Origin: an uncultured Alphaproteobacteria bacterium
GTDB lineage: Bacteria > Pseudomonadota > Alphaproteobacteria > Sneathiellales > Sneathiellaceae
Assembly (NCBI GenBank): GCA_937910835.1
Contig: CALEMG010000132.1
Span: 1-39,941, forward strand
DNA length: 39,941 bases
Direction: 5' to 3'
The translations under genes and the position numbers were made by a program. Shown here piece after piece: positions 18,724-28,717 of the stretch (its first letter is position 1; each line of letters opens with the position of its first letter). The notes under the pieces were generated by a model that saw nothing but the letters and a program-made list of their open reading frames with translations, was not told the DNA's origin and ran no database searches.

Positions 18724-19953
18724 CTAAGCTTTCTTTCTATTTACAAAATCTCCAGAAATTGTAACTCCACTATTAGCAACTTCATCTAGATAATCAGCCC
18801 ATTCCTGCATCATAACCTTGCGTTCATTGAGGAACAAAGCCCGGTCATAAGCTTTGTCGATCTTGTTTCGCGGAACATGGGCAAGTTGTCGGTCAACGAC
18901 CTCGTGTCGATAACCAAGCTCCTGTTTAATGCCACTCATTGCCAGAGCCCGAATACCATGACCAGTCATGCGGCCCTGATAGCCGAGACGCTTCAGCGCC
19001 CCCAGTATCGTATTATTACTGATCGAATTACGTGGCTTGACGCTGCTGGGAAAAACCAGTGGCCAGTGCCCGGCAAGAATTTTCTGATTTTCAAGCACCT
19101 CAATTGCCTGTCGGGATAGCGGAACAATATGTTCCCTTCCCATCTTCATCCGTTCCGTCGGGATAATCCATTCTTTCTTGTCGAAATTGATTTCCTCCCA
19201 TCTTGCGTTAATCAGCTCACTCGTGCGCACGAACGTCAGCATAATCAGCTTGAGAGCGTTCCGGGTACTTTGATAAAGCCGGGCATCGTTTCTTTCCAGT
19301 GCCGCAATAAACTCCGGCAACTCCCCTACATCCAATGCCGCGAAGTGTTCCTTCTTAACCGGTTTTAAGGCTTCCTTGATATCCTGAGATGGATCGCGCT
19401 GCGCTTTACCAATCGCAATCGCATACCGGAAAATTTCACCGCATTTTTGCAGTTGTCGCTTTGCCAGTTCATGCGCCCCGCGATTCTCTATTTTCCGGAT
19501 GACTTGCAACAGCAACGGCGGTTCAATTTCCAAAATCGGAAAACTGCCAATCTCCGGAAATATATCTTTTTCAAGTCGGGTGATAATCTCTTCCGCGTAT
19601 CGCTTCCGCCAGCGGCTTTTGCGATTGTCGTACCATTCTCGTGCAATTACTTCGAAAGTGTTTTCGGCATTCTCTTTCGCTAATGCCTTTTTTTTCTTCT
19701 TATCCTGAGAGGGATCAATTCCATTCTCCAGCAATTTGCGAGCACGGAGGAGCCTACCCCTTGCTTCTGCTAATGAGGTTTCTGGATATACCCCCAAAGC
19801 CAGAAGCTTTTCCTTGCCGACAAACCGATATTTATAACGCCAGTATTTGCTGCCATTAGGCCGGATCTCCAGATAAAGGCCTTTTCCATCGGACAGCTTA
19901 TAAGCTTTTTCCTTCGCTCCTGCCTTCTTGATTTTGATATCGGTTAGCGGCAT
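18724..19953 (-). CDS. P4-family tyrosine integrase with N-terminal arm-binding domain
   Basis: MPLTDIKIK..YKLSDGKGLYL..GSKYWRYKYR..LALGVYP; FVRTSEL, MKMGREH, HGIR, LAH, AY. Confidence 0.95.
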   Translation of the reverse strand: MPLTDIKIKKAGAKEKAYKLSDGKGLYLEIRPNGSKYWRYKYRFVGKEKLLALGVYPETSLAEARGRLLRARKLLENGIDPSQDKKKKKALAKENAENTFEVIAREWYDNRKSRWRKRYAEEIITRLEKDIFPEIGSFPILEIEPPLLLQVIRKIENRGAHELAKRQLQKCGEIFRYAIAIGKAQRDPSQDIKEALKPVKKEHFAALDVGELPEFIAALERNDARLYQSTRNALKLIMLTFVRTSELINARWEEINFDKKEWIIPTERMKMGREHIVPLSRQAIEVLENQKILAGHWPLVFPSSVKPRNSISNNTILGALKRLGYQGRMTGHGIRALAMSGIKQELGYRHEVVDRQLAHVPRNKIDKAYDRALFLNERKVMMQEWADYLDEVANSGVTISGDFVNRKKA

Positions 19954-19954
19954 T

Positions 19955-20007
19955 TTGGGGGTACATGATTTTTGGCATTTTCAATGTACCCCCAATCTTA
20001 CCCCCAA
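19955..20007. repeat. Integrase arm-type sites, right end (one inverted, two direct TACCCCCAA)
   Basis: TTGGGGGTA 19955-19963; TACCCCCAA 19987-19995 and 19999-20007. Confidence 0.75.
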
Positions 20008-20118
20008 ATTTTCTGGATGCAAGAGGTTAATATCGGATTATATAAGACGTGAAATTCCAATATATCATTGTTTTTATTGAATATTTTGGATAACATTGGA
20101 TTAAGTAAAATGAGGTTC

Positions 20119-20193
20119 TGGCTGGGGTGGCAGGATTCGAACCTGCGCGTGACGGGATCAAAACCCGCTGCCTTACCGCTTGGCTACACCCCA
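20119..20193 (-). tRNA. tRNA-Gln(TTG)
   Basis: TGGGGTGTAGCCAAGCGGTAAGGCAGCGGGTTTTGATCCCGTCACGCGCAGGTTCGAATCCTGCCACCCCAGCCA: cloverleaf, TTG anticodon, GTTCGAATC T-loop, CCA end. Confidence 0.97.
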
Positions 20194-20276
20194 ATGAGGA
20201 GCCTCTTTCTATCCAAAGGGTCGACTAAGCTCAAGCCAAATTTTGAAAAAATCAGGAAAAGGCATAATCCCAAGAA

Positions 20277-21131
20277 TTATGAGCCCACGGCCGCCGCCTG
20301 CACCCACCAGTCAGGATGATGCGCCTGTATGTCACGCGCTGCTATCTGCGCGGCCTCTGCTTCTTCGAATAATCCGAAGCAGGTTGCACCACTCCCACTC
20401 ATTCGCGCAAGTTGGCAATGTTTCTGCTCTCTGATCATCGAAAGAACAGAGCCAATTACGGGGGCGACTTCAAGTGCCGGGGTCTCCAGGTCGTTCCGCA
20501 TCGAGGCAAGACTGGTGAATAATTCCAGAGCTGTTAGCTCATTAAGGTCAACTGGGAAGGATACTTTTTCCGCAATTTCAAGCCGACCGAAGACATTTTT
20601 TGTTGCAACCGAAATTCCCGAATTAACCAGTAAAATATAAAATTTCGGAAATTTGCGGAGCCCAGATATCCGCTCTCCCACGCCCGACATGATTGCTGGC
20701 TTTCCATACAGACAGACAGGAACATCCGCACCCAGAGCTAGTCCGATCTGGCGCAGCTGAACCTCGGAGAACCCTATATTCCATAATATGTTAAGAGATT
20801 TGAGTGTGGCTGCTGCATCAGCGGAACCACCGCCGATCCCGGCAGCGACTGGTAAGTTCTTCTCCAGAATTATATGCGCACCTTCTTCTGTCCCGCTTTC
20901 AGATCTCAATAAATACGCCGCTTTCATGGCGAGGTTTTCTTCGGTACTACCAACCAAATGGGAAAAGCGCCCAATTACTTCAAGCGTGAGTTCCTTGCCC
21001 TTTTTCACGGTTATTCTGTCCCCACAATCAGGGAAGACCACAAGGCTTTCAAGCAGGTGATATCCATCCGCCCGTTTGCCTGTGACGTGCAGAAAAAGAT
21101 TGACCTTGGATCGAGCAACGGAGGTAAGCAT
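20277..21131 (-). CDS. ispE: 4-diphosphocytidyl-2-C-methyl-D-erythritol kinase
   Basis: KVNLFLHVTGKRADGYHLLESL, LPVAAGIGGGSADAA, LGADVP, RMSGSGAT. Confidence 0.97.
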   Translation of the reverse strand: MLTSVARSKVNLFLHVTGKRADGYHLLESLVVFPDCGDRITVKKGKELTLEVIGRFSHLVGSTEENLAMKAAYLLRSESGTEEGAHIILEKNLPVAAGIGGGSADAAATLKSLNILWNIGFSEVQLRQIGLALGADVPVCLYGKPAIMSGVGERISGLRKFPKFYILLVNSGISVATKNVFGRLEIAEKVSFPVDLNELTALELFTSLASMRNDLETPALEVAPVIGSVLSMIREQKHCQLARMSGSGATCFGLFEEAEAAQIAARDIQAHHPDWWVQAAAVGS

Positions 21132-21145
21132 AGCGACGCGCCGGC

Positions 21146-22888
21146 TTATTTCTGAGCCTTGATATCATCCCTTAGGCCGGATTTCAGCTTTTCCTTGATA
21201 ACTGGAACCTGGTCTTCCGCAGGATCGAGCCAAAGCGCTCGCTGCCACTGATAGCGTGCTTCCTCTCGGCGGCCAACGCGCCAATAGGCATCCGCAAGAT
21301 GATCTGTAATCGTTGGATCCGCCGCCTCCAGAGAGACAGCTTTTTCCAGCTGAGCAACCGCATCGTCGAATTCGCCGAGTCGGTAATAGAGCCACCCCAA
21401 GCTGTCGATGATAAAGCCATCACGCGGTCGAAGTGAAACCGCCTTGATCAGCATATCTTTAGCCCGTTCCAGATTTTCATTTCTGTCCACCCAAGAGTAA
21501 GCAAGATAGTTAAGAACCTGCGGATGATCGGGCCGAAGCTCAAGAGATTTCAAAAGGTCGGCTTCCGCAAGTGACCACTGCTCGGACTGTTCGTAAGCAA
21601 TCCCGCGAGCATAGAAAAGCGACCAATGTCGTTCCTGAAGCGCGGGAAGCCGTCCAATAGCGCGGCCGTAATTGCGCGCCGCTTCTTCCCAGTCTTTCGA
21701 ATCCCGGCTGACATCGGCAAGAACGACCAGCGCTTCAATATCGTCCGGATAGCTGGCGGCAACCGCCTCAAGCCGATCTTTCGCGTCTTCTATACGACCA
21801 AGCCGATAGGATACCCAAGCAGCTCTAATCCGGGCATTTTTGCCATAGGCAGACATAGGGTTGATCTCGCTATAAAGATCAAACGCTTCCTGCCATTTAT
21901 CACGATCCTCCGCGGTTTCAGCAAGCAGCATTTGCCCCATCGGGAAATCCGGCTTTAACTGAAGTGCGAAGTTGATATATGTCGCCGCGACGCCGACGGC
22001 GCGCTCCTGTCCGATAATTGAGGCCGCACTATAAAGAGCTTCCGCCGCGCCTTCAATTGGGTCTTTTGCGATCGGTGTGATCGGTCGTCCTTCATCCAAT
22101 TCAGCGAGTTCAAGACGGATAGTCGGGCTCAGCGGATACCTCTCGATATAGTCGTCAAAAAGCTTTCGAACGTCATTTCGCCGATCTGTACGATCAAGGT
22201 AAGCCCCATACGCCTGGACCAGACGAACGGCCCGCCCCGATGGCCCGGCAAGTGCCACCTCATAATTTTGATCAGCCAGTTTCTGATCTCCGGAGACATC
22301 GCTTAGCAAAGCCGCCTGATACTGCTTGAGCGCCTCAAATCCATTGTATTTATCAAGTGCGTTGAGTTCCGCGAGAGCCCCGTCGGTATCCCTCTGCCCC
22401 AGCTTTATCCAGGACATAAGCAAAGGCTTCAACAAAACGTTGAAACCATTTTCTGCTGTTTTCTCAAGATTGCTTTGGGCTAAGACATAGTCCTTTTCGC
22501 CGAGCGCTTTGATGGTCATGACGAGATATGCTGTTGAACTATCATCGTCCAACTCGATTACCTTTGGCGCCAGCGAGATAGCCCGCTTTATATCCCCTTT
22601 TGAAAGCGCCGCCTGCAACGCGATATTCAGAAGAATTCCGTCATCACCGCGCTCGCCCAACGCATCTTCAAAATATTCAAGGGCAGCGGACGCATCTTGC
22701 TCGCGAAGGGCTTCGCGGCCCGCCAGATATTCGCCAAAGTATGACGAGGGAAACATTTCTGCTGTACCGCCGGCATCCTGAAAAGCATCGGGCAAAGAAT
22801 GGCGTTCGCTTGACGCGCTGTTCGCTGCACATGCCCCCAGCGCCGCCGTCATAATAAAGCCGCCAATAACCAGTTTGAACTTATTCAC
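21146..22888 (-). CDS. Tetratricopeptide-repeat lipoprotein
   Basis: Lipobox LGAC after a hydrophobic stretch; TPR motifs LNYLAYSW, DSLGWLYY, DHLADAYW; start GTG 22888 or ATG 22903. Confidence 0.85.
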   Translation of the reverse strand: MNKFKLVIGGFIMTAALGACAANSASSERHSLPDAFQDAGGTAEMFPSSYFGEYLAGREALREQDASAALEYFEDALGERGDDGILLNIALQAALSKGDIKRAISLAPKVIELDDDSSTAYLVMTIKALGEKDYVLAQSNLEKTAENGFNVLLKPLLMSWIKLGQRDTDGALAELNALDKYNGFEALKQYQAALLSDVSGDQKLADQNYEVALAGPSGRAVRLVQAYGAYLDRTDRRNDVRKLFDDYIERYPLSPTIRLELAELDEGRPITPIAKDPIEGAAEALYSAASIIGQERAVGVAATYINFALQLKPDFPMGQMLLAETAEDRDKWQEAFDLYSEINPMSAYGKNARIRAAWVSYRLGRIEDAKDRLEAVAASYPDDIEALVVLADVSRDSKDWEEAARNYGRAIGRLPALQERHWSLFYARGIAYEQSEQWSLAEADLLKSLELRPDHPQVLNYLAYSWVDRNENLERAKDMLIKAVSLRPRDGFIIDSLGWLYYRLGEFDDAVAQLEKAVSLEAADPTITDHLADAYWRVGRREEARYQWQRALWLDPAEDQVPVIKEKLKSGLRDDIKAQK

Positions 22889-23027
22889 GCCCGCGCCCGC
22901 CATTTCTGTCAAATTACCTTTACGTTTTCGATCCGACGCATGGTTCGCCGGGAAAGCCACATTCCCATAGTATGTAGGGCGTCCCCAACCTGCATGAAAC
23001 AAATTTCAAGAAATCCGTGCTAATTTT

Positions 23028-24677
23028 CTACATATTCGGATAGTTTGGCCCGCCGCCGCCTTCAGGAACAACCCAGTTAATATTCTGCGTCGGATCCTTG
23101 ATATCACAGGTTTTGCAGTGAACGCAGTTCTGTGCATTTATCTGCAGGCGCGGGTTGGATCCGTCATCGTCCGTCAGGAATTCATAAACGCCGGCAGGGC
23201 AGAAACGCTGCTCCGGCCCGGCATATTCCGCATAATTTATAGAGACCGGAACACTGTCATCTTTCAATGTAAGATGGATGGGCTGATCTTCTTCATGGTT
23301 GGTGTTGGAAAGAAATACCGACGACGGTTTATCGAACGTGTATACACCGTCATATTTCGGATAGTCGATCTTCTTGCAATCCTTCGCTTTTTTCAGCGCC
23401 GAATGATCATCATGATGCTTGAACGTCCAAGGTGTCTTGCCACCCAGGATTTTCAAATCCAGACCCGTATAAAGAGTTCCGGCAAGCAAACCCCATTTAA
23501 AGGCTGGCCGGCTGTTGCGCACACGATAAAGCTCGTCATGGACCCATGATTCCTTATAAAGTGCCGGGTATGTATCCAGTACCTTGGCGGGCGCCTCCGC
23601 ATTCAGTTTCATTTCGGCAACAATGGCTTCCGCTGCCATCATGCCCGACTTCATGGCAGTATGGGATCCCTTGATTTTCGGCACATTCAGGAAGCCAGCG
23701 GTGCAACCAATCAACGCGCCGCCCGGGAACACGAGTTCCGGGACCGATTGGAAGCCGCCTTCGTTAATAGCGCGTGCGCCATATGAAATGCGCTTCCCGC
23801 CTTTCAGCATTTCCTTCATCATCGGATGGGTCTTGAACTTCTGAAACTCATCATAAGGCGACAGATAAGGGTTTTCGTAATCAAGCGCGACAACATAGCC
23901 AACATAGGCCTGATTGTTTTCCAGGTGATAAACAAAGGAACCGCCATATGTATTGCGGTCAAGCGGCCAGCCAAAGCTGTGGAATATCTGGCCTTCCTTG
24001 TGCTGCTCCGGGTCCAATTCCCAAAGTTCTTTGATACCGATACCAAAAGTCTGCGGGTCGCAGTTTTCACGAAGGTTGAATTTTTCAAACAAGGTTTTGG
24101 TCAAAGACCCGCGCACACCCTCCGCAAAGAGGGTGTACTTGGCATGCAATTCCATACCCGGCTCGTATGAGCCCTTGTTTTCACCGTCGCGCCCAACGCC
24201 CATATCACCGGTGGCGACGCCTTTAACGCTTCCGTCCTCGTGATAGAGGACTTCTGCGGCGGCAAAGCCCGGATATACCTCTACTTCCATCGCTTCGGCC
24301 TGCTCCGCGAGCCAACGGCAGAAATTGCCAAGGCTGATGATATAGTTGCCATGATTATGCAACTGTTTTGGCAATAAGAAGTTCGGAAAGCGAAGCTCGC
24401 TCGATTCGGTCATGAAGAAAAATTTCTCGGATTTTACCGGCGTGTTGAGCGGTGCGCCCTTTTCCTTCCAGTCCGGAATCAATTCATCCAGCGCTCGGGT
24501 TTCAAACACATTCCCCGAGAGGATATGGGCCCCAATCTCTGAGCCTTTCTCAAGAACGCACACCGAAATATCAATGCCGGCTTCAGCACTGAGTTGGCGC
24601 AACTTTATTGCCGCAGACAACCCGGCCGGGCCGCCGCCAACAATAACAACATCAAACTCCATAGCTTCGCGTTCCAT
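23028..24677 (-). CDS. Electron transfer flavoprotein-ubiquinone oxidoreductase
   Basis: [45 protein letters not shown]. Confidence 0.97.
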   Translation of the reverse strand: MEREAMEFDVVIVGGGPAGLSAAIKLRQLSAEAGIDISVCVLEKGSEIGAHILSGNVFETRALDELIPDWKEKGAPLNTPVKSEKFFFMTESSELRFPNFLLPKQLHNHGNYIISLGNFCRWLAEQAEAMEVEVYPGFAAAEVLYHEDGSVKGVATGDMGVGRDGENKGSYEPGMELHAKYTLFAEGVRGSLTKTLFEKFNLRENCDPQTFGIGIKELWELDPEQHKEGQIFHSFGWPLDRNTYGGSFVYHLENNQAYVGYVVALDYENPYLSPYDEFQKFKTHPMMKEMLKGGKRISYGARAINEGGFQSVPELVFPGGALIGCTAGFLNVPKIKGSHTAMKSGMMAAEAIVAEMKLNAEAPAKVLDTYPALYKESWVHDELYRVRNSRPAFKWGLLAGTLYTGLDLKILGGKTPWTFKHHDDHSALKKAKDCKKIDYPKYDGVYTFDKPSSVFLSNTNHEEDQPIHLTLKDDSVPVSINYAEYAGPEQRFCPAGVYEFLTDDDGSNPRLQINAQNCVHCKTCDIKDPTQNINWVVPEGGGGPNYPNM

Positions 24678-25001
24678 CAAAAGCCTCTTCTTGCCTTTCC
24701 GGCTGATTGACAGCCGTTATTTATCATTGAACCGATGCCATGCGTAAAGAGACCCCCTTTACCCAAATCCGGCAGATTTACTCCCGACACTATATTTTTT
24801 TTATTGCGCGTCAATCCCGATTGCAAGGGATTACGGCGGTTTTCGGCCATTTTGAGCGAAGCCTTCAAGATAATACATCGTTAAACGCGGCGGCAAACCG
24901 GAATACGACGCGTATGCAATTCACTTGGTATTTTTCTTTCAAGTCAAAAATCTTTCGCCGGCCATCTTCTCGAACTGGAAGAAGGGCTGCTATGATACGT
25001 C

Positions 25002-25802
25002 ATGCAATCTGAAATTGACATGGCGGCGCTGCTCCGCTTCTATCTGGACGCTGGCGTGACGGAGACTATTGGCGAGGAGCCCATTAATCGTTGTCAGTTG
25101 GCCGCGCGACAACCAATATCGCCCGGAGCACCTTCCGCCCGCCAGACGCCCGCTGTCAAGTCCGCCCATAAAAAACCCGCTATCCAGACAGCGCCTGTCC
25201 CTTCCCTCGCCGAAGGGATCCGCGAGGCCCATGAGATTGCCCGCAATTGCGAGAATATCGACGCGCTTCGCCATGCCCTTGAAAATTTTGAGCATTGCTC
25301 ACTGAAAAAGCTGGCGAGCCATACCGTATTCGCCGAGGGCACTCCCGGTGCAACGCTGATGGTCATTGACCGGCAACCATCCAGTGACGAAGACCGCAGT
25401 GGACACCCCTTCTCAGGAGCGGCCGGACAATTACTCGATAAAATGCTGGCTGCCATCGGCTTTGAACGCAGTGACGGCTATCTTGCTGGTGTGATTCCCT
25501 GGCGACCACCTGGAGGCCGGGCCCCAACGGATGAAGAGCGCGCACTATGCCTGCCCTTCGCCCTCCGTCATATTGAACTTGCCAAACCCACCTTTATTCT
25601 GGCCTGCGGGGAGGCAGCGGGATACCTACTGGACCGCAGGATTGGCATCAACAAACTCCGAGGCGTGTGGAATGATTTGCAAATTGGTGATGTTCACGCA
25701 AGAATGCTGCCGATTTTTCATCCAGCCTTTCTGATTGAACAACCAGGATCAAAATAACTTGCCTGGTCGGACCTGCTCAGCTTAAAGGCGGAAATGGAAT
25801 AA
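25002..25802 (+). CDS. Uracil-DNA glycosylase family-4-like protein, divergent, with in-frame TAA at 25755-25757
   Basis: HPFSGAAGQLLDKML, PWRPPG, FHPAFL; the family-like tail LAWSDLL lies beyond the TAA in the same frame. Confidence 0.8.
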
Positions 25803-25873
25803 GAACGATAACCTTTTCCTAACGGGTTGAATTTACCCTGTGGGTCACATTATTATTTTTTGTTGTCTGGTCT

Positions 25874-27649
25874 ATGAAGTATTTCTCCAGATTTATCGCC
25901 GCGATGGCGTTATTGATGTCCGCCCTCATGATGACGAGTTCGCCTGCTGTGGCAGATACGGTCCCGTCCGTTCTTTCGCCTGCGGATGTGGAAAAATATC
26001 GCGAGATATTTGCCTTGCAGGAGCAGGGGCACTGGAAGAAGGCTGATAAACTGATAAAGGCCCTCTCGAACAACACTCTCCTCGGCCATGTCAGGTTTCA
26101 GCGCTATATGCATCCCACGAAATACCGGGCAAGCTATGAGGAACTTCATCTTTGGATGAAGTCTTATTACGATCACCCGAGAGCGCATCGCCTTTATAAA
26201 CTTGCTAAAAGTCGGCGGCTTAAAGGATGGAAGCCCCTGCCCGAGCCGCTTCATGGCCGTTATCTGGGAGGAACTGGTCCTGGCCAGCCTGTCTTCCTCT
26301 CCCGACCCTATAAAAGCAAGCGTAAAAGATCGGCGCAAACGCGCAATGATGTCGCTCATGCCAAACGTGCCGTAAAGCGGTATCTCTATCGAGATCAGCC
26401 AACCAATGCCGCAAAATATCTTCGGCAGAAAAAAATCAGGAAGCTACTCGATCAGGTGGAGTTTGACCAACTTCGGGAAAAAATCGCAAAAAGCTATTTC
26501 TTGTATGCCCGCGATGAACAAGCGATTGAATTCGCCGAAGCAGCCCTCAAAAACTCACGCAAATATGTTCCTCTTGCGGATTGGACAGCCGGACTTGCAG
26601 CTTGGCGCTTGGGCAAAATTGACAAAGCCGCAGAACATTTCTCCGCACTGGCGGAAGTCAGCCGGATTTCGGACTGGAATTATACGGCCGCCAACTGGTG
26701 GGCATCGCGCGCCTACCTGAAACTTGGCCAGCCCGAAAAGGCATATCTTTTCCTTGAGCGGACTGCGAGCCAGCCGCGAACCTTCTATGGCCTGCTCGCG
26801 CTGCGCCAACTCGGTGTCGAGAAACCCTTCAGCTGGGATTTGCCCGCGCTGACGTCAGAGCAAATTTCCTGGTTGATGAAAATTCCATCCGCCAAGCGTG
26901 CCGTCGCTCTGAGTGAGATCGGACTATATGACCTTGCGGCCCAAGAACTAAGAGCGGCCTTTCCCAGCGCAAATGACAAGCTCGCACCACTGCTGCTGGC
27001 CCTATCAGAGCAGATTGGCGCGCCGTCCGTCGCCATGCGCATAGGGCTTTACCTTTGGGAGAATGAGGATGAGGCCTGGGATGCCGCGATTTATCCAATG
27101 CCGAAATGGCATCCGAAAAACGGCTTTAAAGTGGATCGGGCTCTACTTTATGCATTTATGCGTCAGGAATCTGGCTTCTATTCCCTTGCACGAAGCGGCG
27201 CTGGCGCAAAAGGCCTGATGCAAATCATGCCGTCTACAGCTAGCTATCTTTCAGGCGATAGATCGCTTCGCAACAGGAATAACAAAAAACTCTTTGATCC
27301 GGCCTATAATCTGGAACTCGGTCAGAAATATCTAACCTATCTGATGAAATATAAAGATGTCGACACCAATCTCTTCAACCTAACGGCGGCCTATAACGGC
27401 GGCCCTGGAAATCTGAAGAAATGGAAGTCGGAAACAAAATACAATGATGACCCGCTCTTCTTTATCGAGGCGATGCCAAGCAAGGAAACCCGGAATTTTA
27501 TCAAAAGGGTTTTGACAAATTTCTGGATTTACCGTCATCGTATGGGACAGGCCCTGCCCGCGTTGGATCAGATTGCGCGTGGTGAATGGCCCGAGTATCA
27601 ACAACTAGATCACTGGGAAAACGAGGTCGCGGACAATGCCCGGAATTGA
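25874..27649 (+). CDS. Soluble lytic murein transglycosylase
   Basis: Signal peptide, helical repeats, SLT motifs RQES, GLMQIMP, AAYNGGPG, ETRNF. Confidence 0.92.
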   Translation: MKYFSRFIAAMALLMSALMMTSSPAVADTVPSVLSPADVEKYREIFALQEQGHWKKADKLIKALSNNTLLGHVRFQRYMHPTKYRASYEELHLWMKSYYDHPRAHRLYKLAKSRRLKGWKPLPEPLHGRYLGGTGPGQPVFLSRPYKSKRKRSAQTRNDVAHAKRAVKRYLYRDQPTNAAKYLRQKKIRKLLDQVEFDQLREKIAKSYFLYARDEQAIEFAEAALKNSRKYVPLADWTAGLAAWRLGKIDKAAEHFSALAEVSRISDWNYTAANWWASRAYLKLGQPEKAYLFLERTASQPRTFYGLLALRQLGVEKPFSWDLPALTSEQISWLMKIPSAKRAVALSEIGLYDLAAQELRAAFPSANDKLAPLLLALSEQIGAPSVAMRIGLYLWENEDEAWDAAIYPMPKWHPKNGFKVDRALLYAFMRQESGFYSLARSGAGAKGLMQIMPSTASYLSGDRSLRNRNNKKLFDPAYNLELGQKYLTYLMKYKDVDTNLFNLTAAYNGGPGNLKKWKSETKYNDDPLFFIEAMPSKETRNFIKRVLTNFWIYRHRMGQALPALDQIARGEWPEYQQLDHWENEVADNARN

Positions 27650-28193
27650 TATCTCCCGTCCCTTTATCGCAGTGCGAATTGCCGTGCTTACCGTATCCGA
27701 CAGCCGAGGATTGGCGGAAGATAAGTCAGGCCAGACGCTCGTAGACCGACTTGAAGCGGCAGGGCATACGCTCGCCGACGGGCAGATTGTTCGCGATGAG
27801 ATTGCCGATATTCAAAAAATTGTCATTCAATGGCTCGACGATGAAAATGTCGACGTTGTGATCTCAACCGGCGGCACGGGCGTGACCGGGCGCGACATAA
27901 CCCCGGAGGCCTTTGATGCGCTGTATGAAAAGGAAATCCCAGGCTTTGGAGAGCTCTTTCGCATGCTGAGCTATCAGAAAATCGGCACCTCGACCATTCA
28001 GTCCCGGGCAAGCGCCGGAGTTGCGCGCGGTACTTATCTTATTGCGCTCCCCGGTTCGACCGGGGCAGTGAAGGATGCGTGGGACGATATCCTCGTCCAT
28101 CAGCTTGACTACCGATTTATGCCCTGTAATTTTGTCGAACTGTTTGACCGTTTACAGGAACATGAAAAACGATCGAAAAGTTCAACTAATTGA
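27636..28193 (+). CDS. moaB: Molybdenum cofactor biosynthesis protein B
   Basis: [41 protein letters not shown]. Confidence 0.95.
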   Translation: MPGIDISRPFIAVRIAVLTVSDSRGLAEDKSGQTLVDRLEAAGHTLADGQIVRDEIADIQKIVIQWLDDENVDVVISTGGTGVTGRDITPEAFDALYEKEIPGFGELFRMLSYQKIGTSTIQSRASAGVARGTYLIALPGSTGAVKDAWDDILVHQLDYRFMPCNFVELFDRLQEHEKRSKSSTN

Positions 28194-28291
28194 TCTGAAA
28201 CCCGAACTTTCTGTCGCTAAGCAACTCATTTTTAATTTTTAGTCCACTAAGATGTTTCGGGACGCGCCTGCAAGGTGATCTAGAAATCGAA

Positions 28292-28651
28292 ATGAAACGC
28301 ATTATTATAACTACCGGATATCGCGGGCATACCCGCAAAGACCGCCGCTTTGAGATACCAAAGCTTCACCTGACTTTGGGGGAGCAAGAATTTGCCACCT
28401 ATGACTGGAGCCTTGGCGGGTTTCGCATAGATGACTTCGCGGGACGCCCACCGGTTGGCGAGAAGGTTTCCGTCCGGCAAATCGCCTATGATGCGGAAAG
28501 AACAGCGACCACAGATTCCATCGCCGTTGTGACACGAATTCTGCTTGGCAAGAACCAGGTTGCTTTCAGTTTTAATAAGCTGGACGAGACTGCCTATAAC
28601 TTTCTTGAAAAGGCCAGCATGCACCGGCTAACCCATTTGGCAAAAGGATAA
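28292..28651 (+). CDS. Stand-alone PilZ-like protein
   Basis: RKDRR (RxxxR) and DWSLGG (DxSxxG) c-di-GMP-binding motifs in a 119-aa ORF. Confidence 0.65.
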   Translation: MKRIIITTGYRGHTRKDRRFEIPKLHLTLGEQEFATYDWSLGGFRIDDFAGRPPVGEKVSVRQIAYDAERTATTDSIAVVTRILLGKNQVAFSFNKLDETAYNFLEKASMHRLTHLAKG

Positions 28652-28717
28652 CTTGCAGTAAAAAGCAGCGCGGAAACCATAAAACTAATTCCCGCACTGC
28701 CCGATCTTAATCTTGCG

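Larger units (their letters stand above)
8075..20132 (-). mobile_element. tRNA-Gln-integrated genomic island carrying defence genes
   Basis: P4-type integrase next to the tRNA 3' end; TACCCCCAA pairs at both ends; degenerate direct repeat 8075-8093 vs 20106-20132; AT-rich ends; cargo of type I R-M, Mrr and HEPN-like genes; core genes resume on both sides. Exact ends are approximate. Confidence 0.85.

Noticed and set aside
20119-20193. tRNA as an amber suppressor for hsdR
   Set aside because: Anticodon is TTG (Gln), not CTA.
20068-20319. 83-aa ORF (WLGWQDSNLR...)
   Set aside because: Antisense translation of the tRNA gene.
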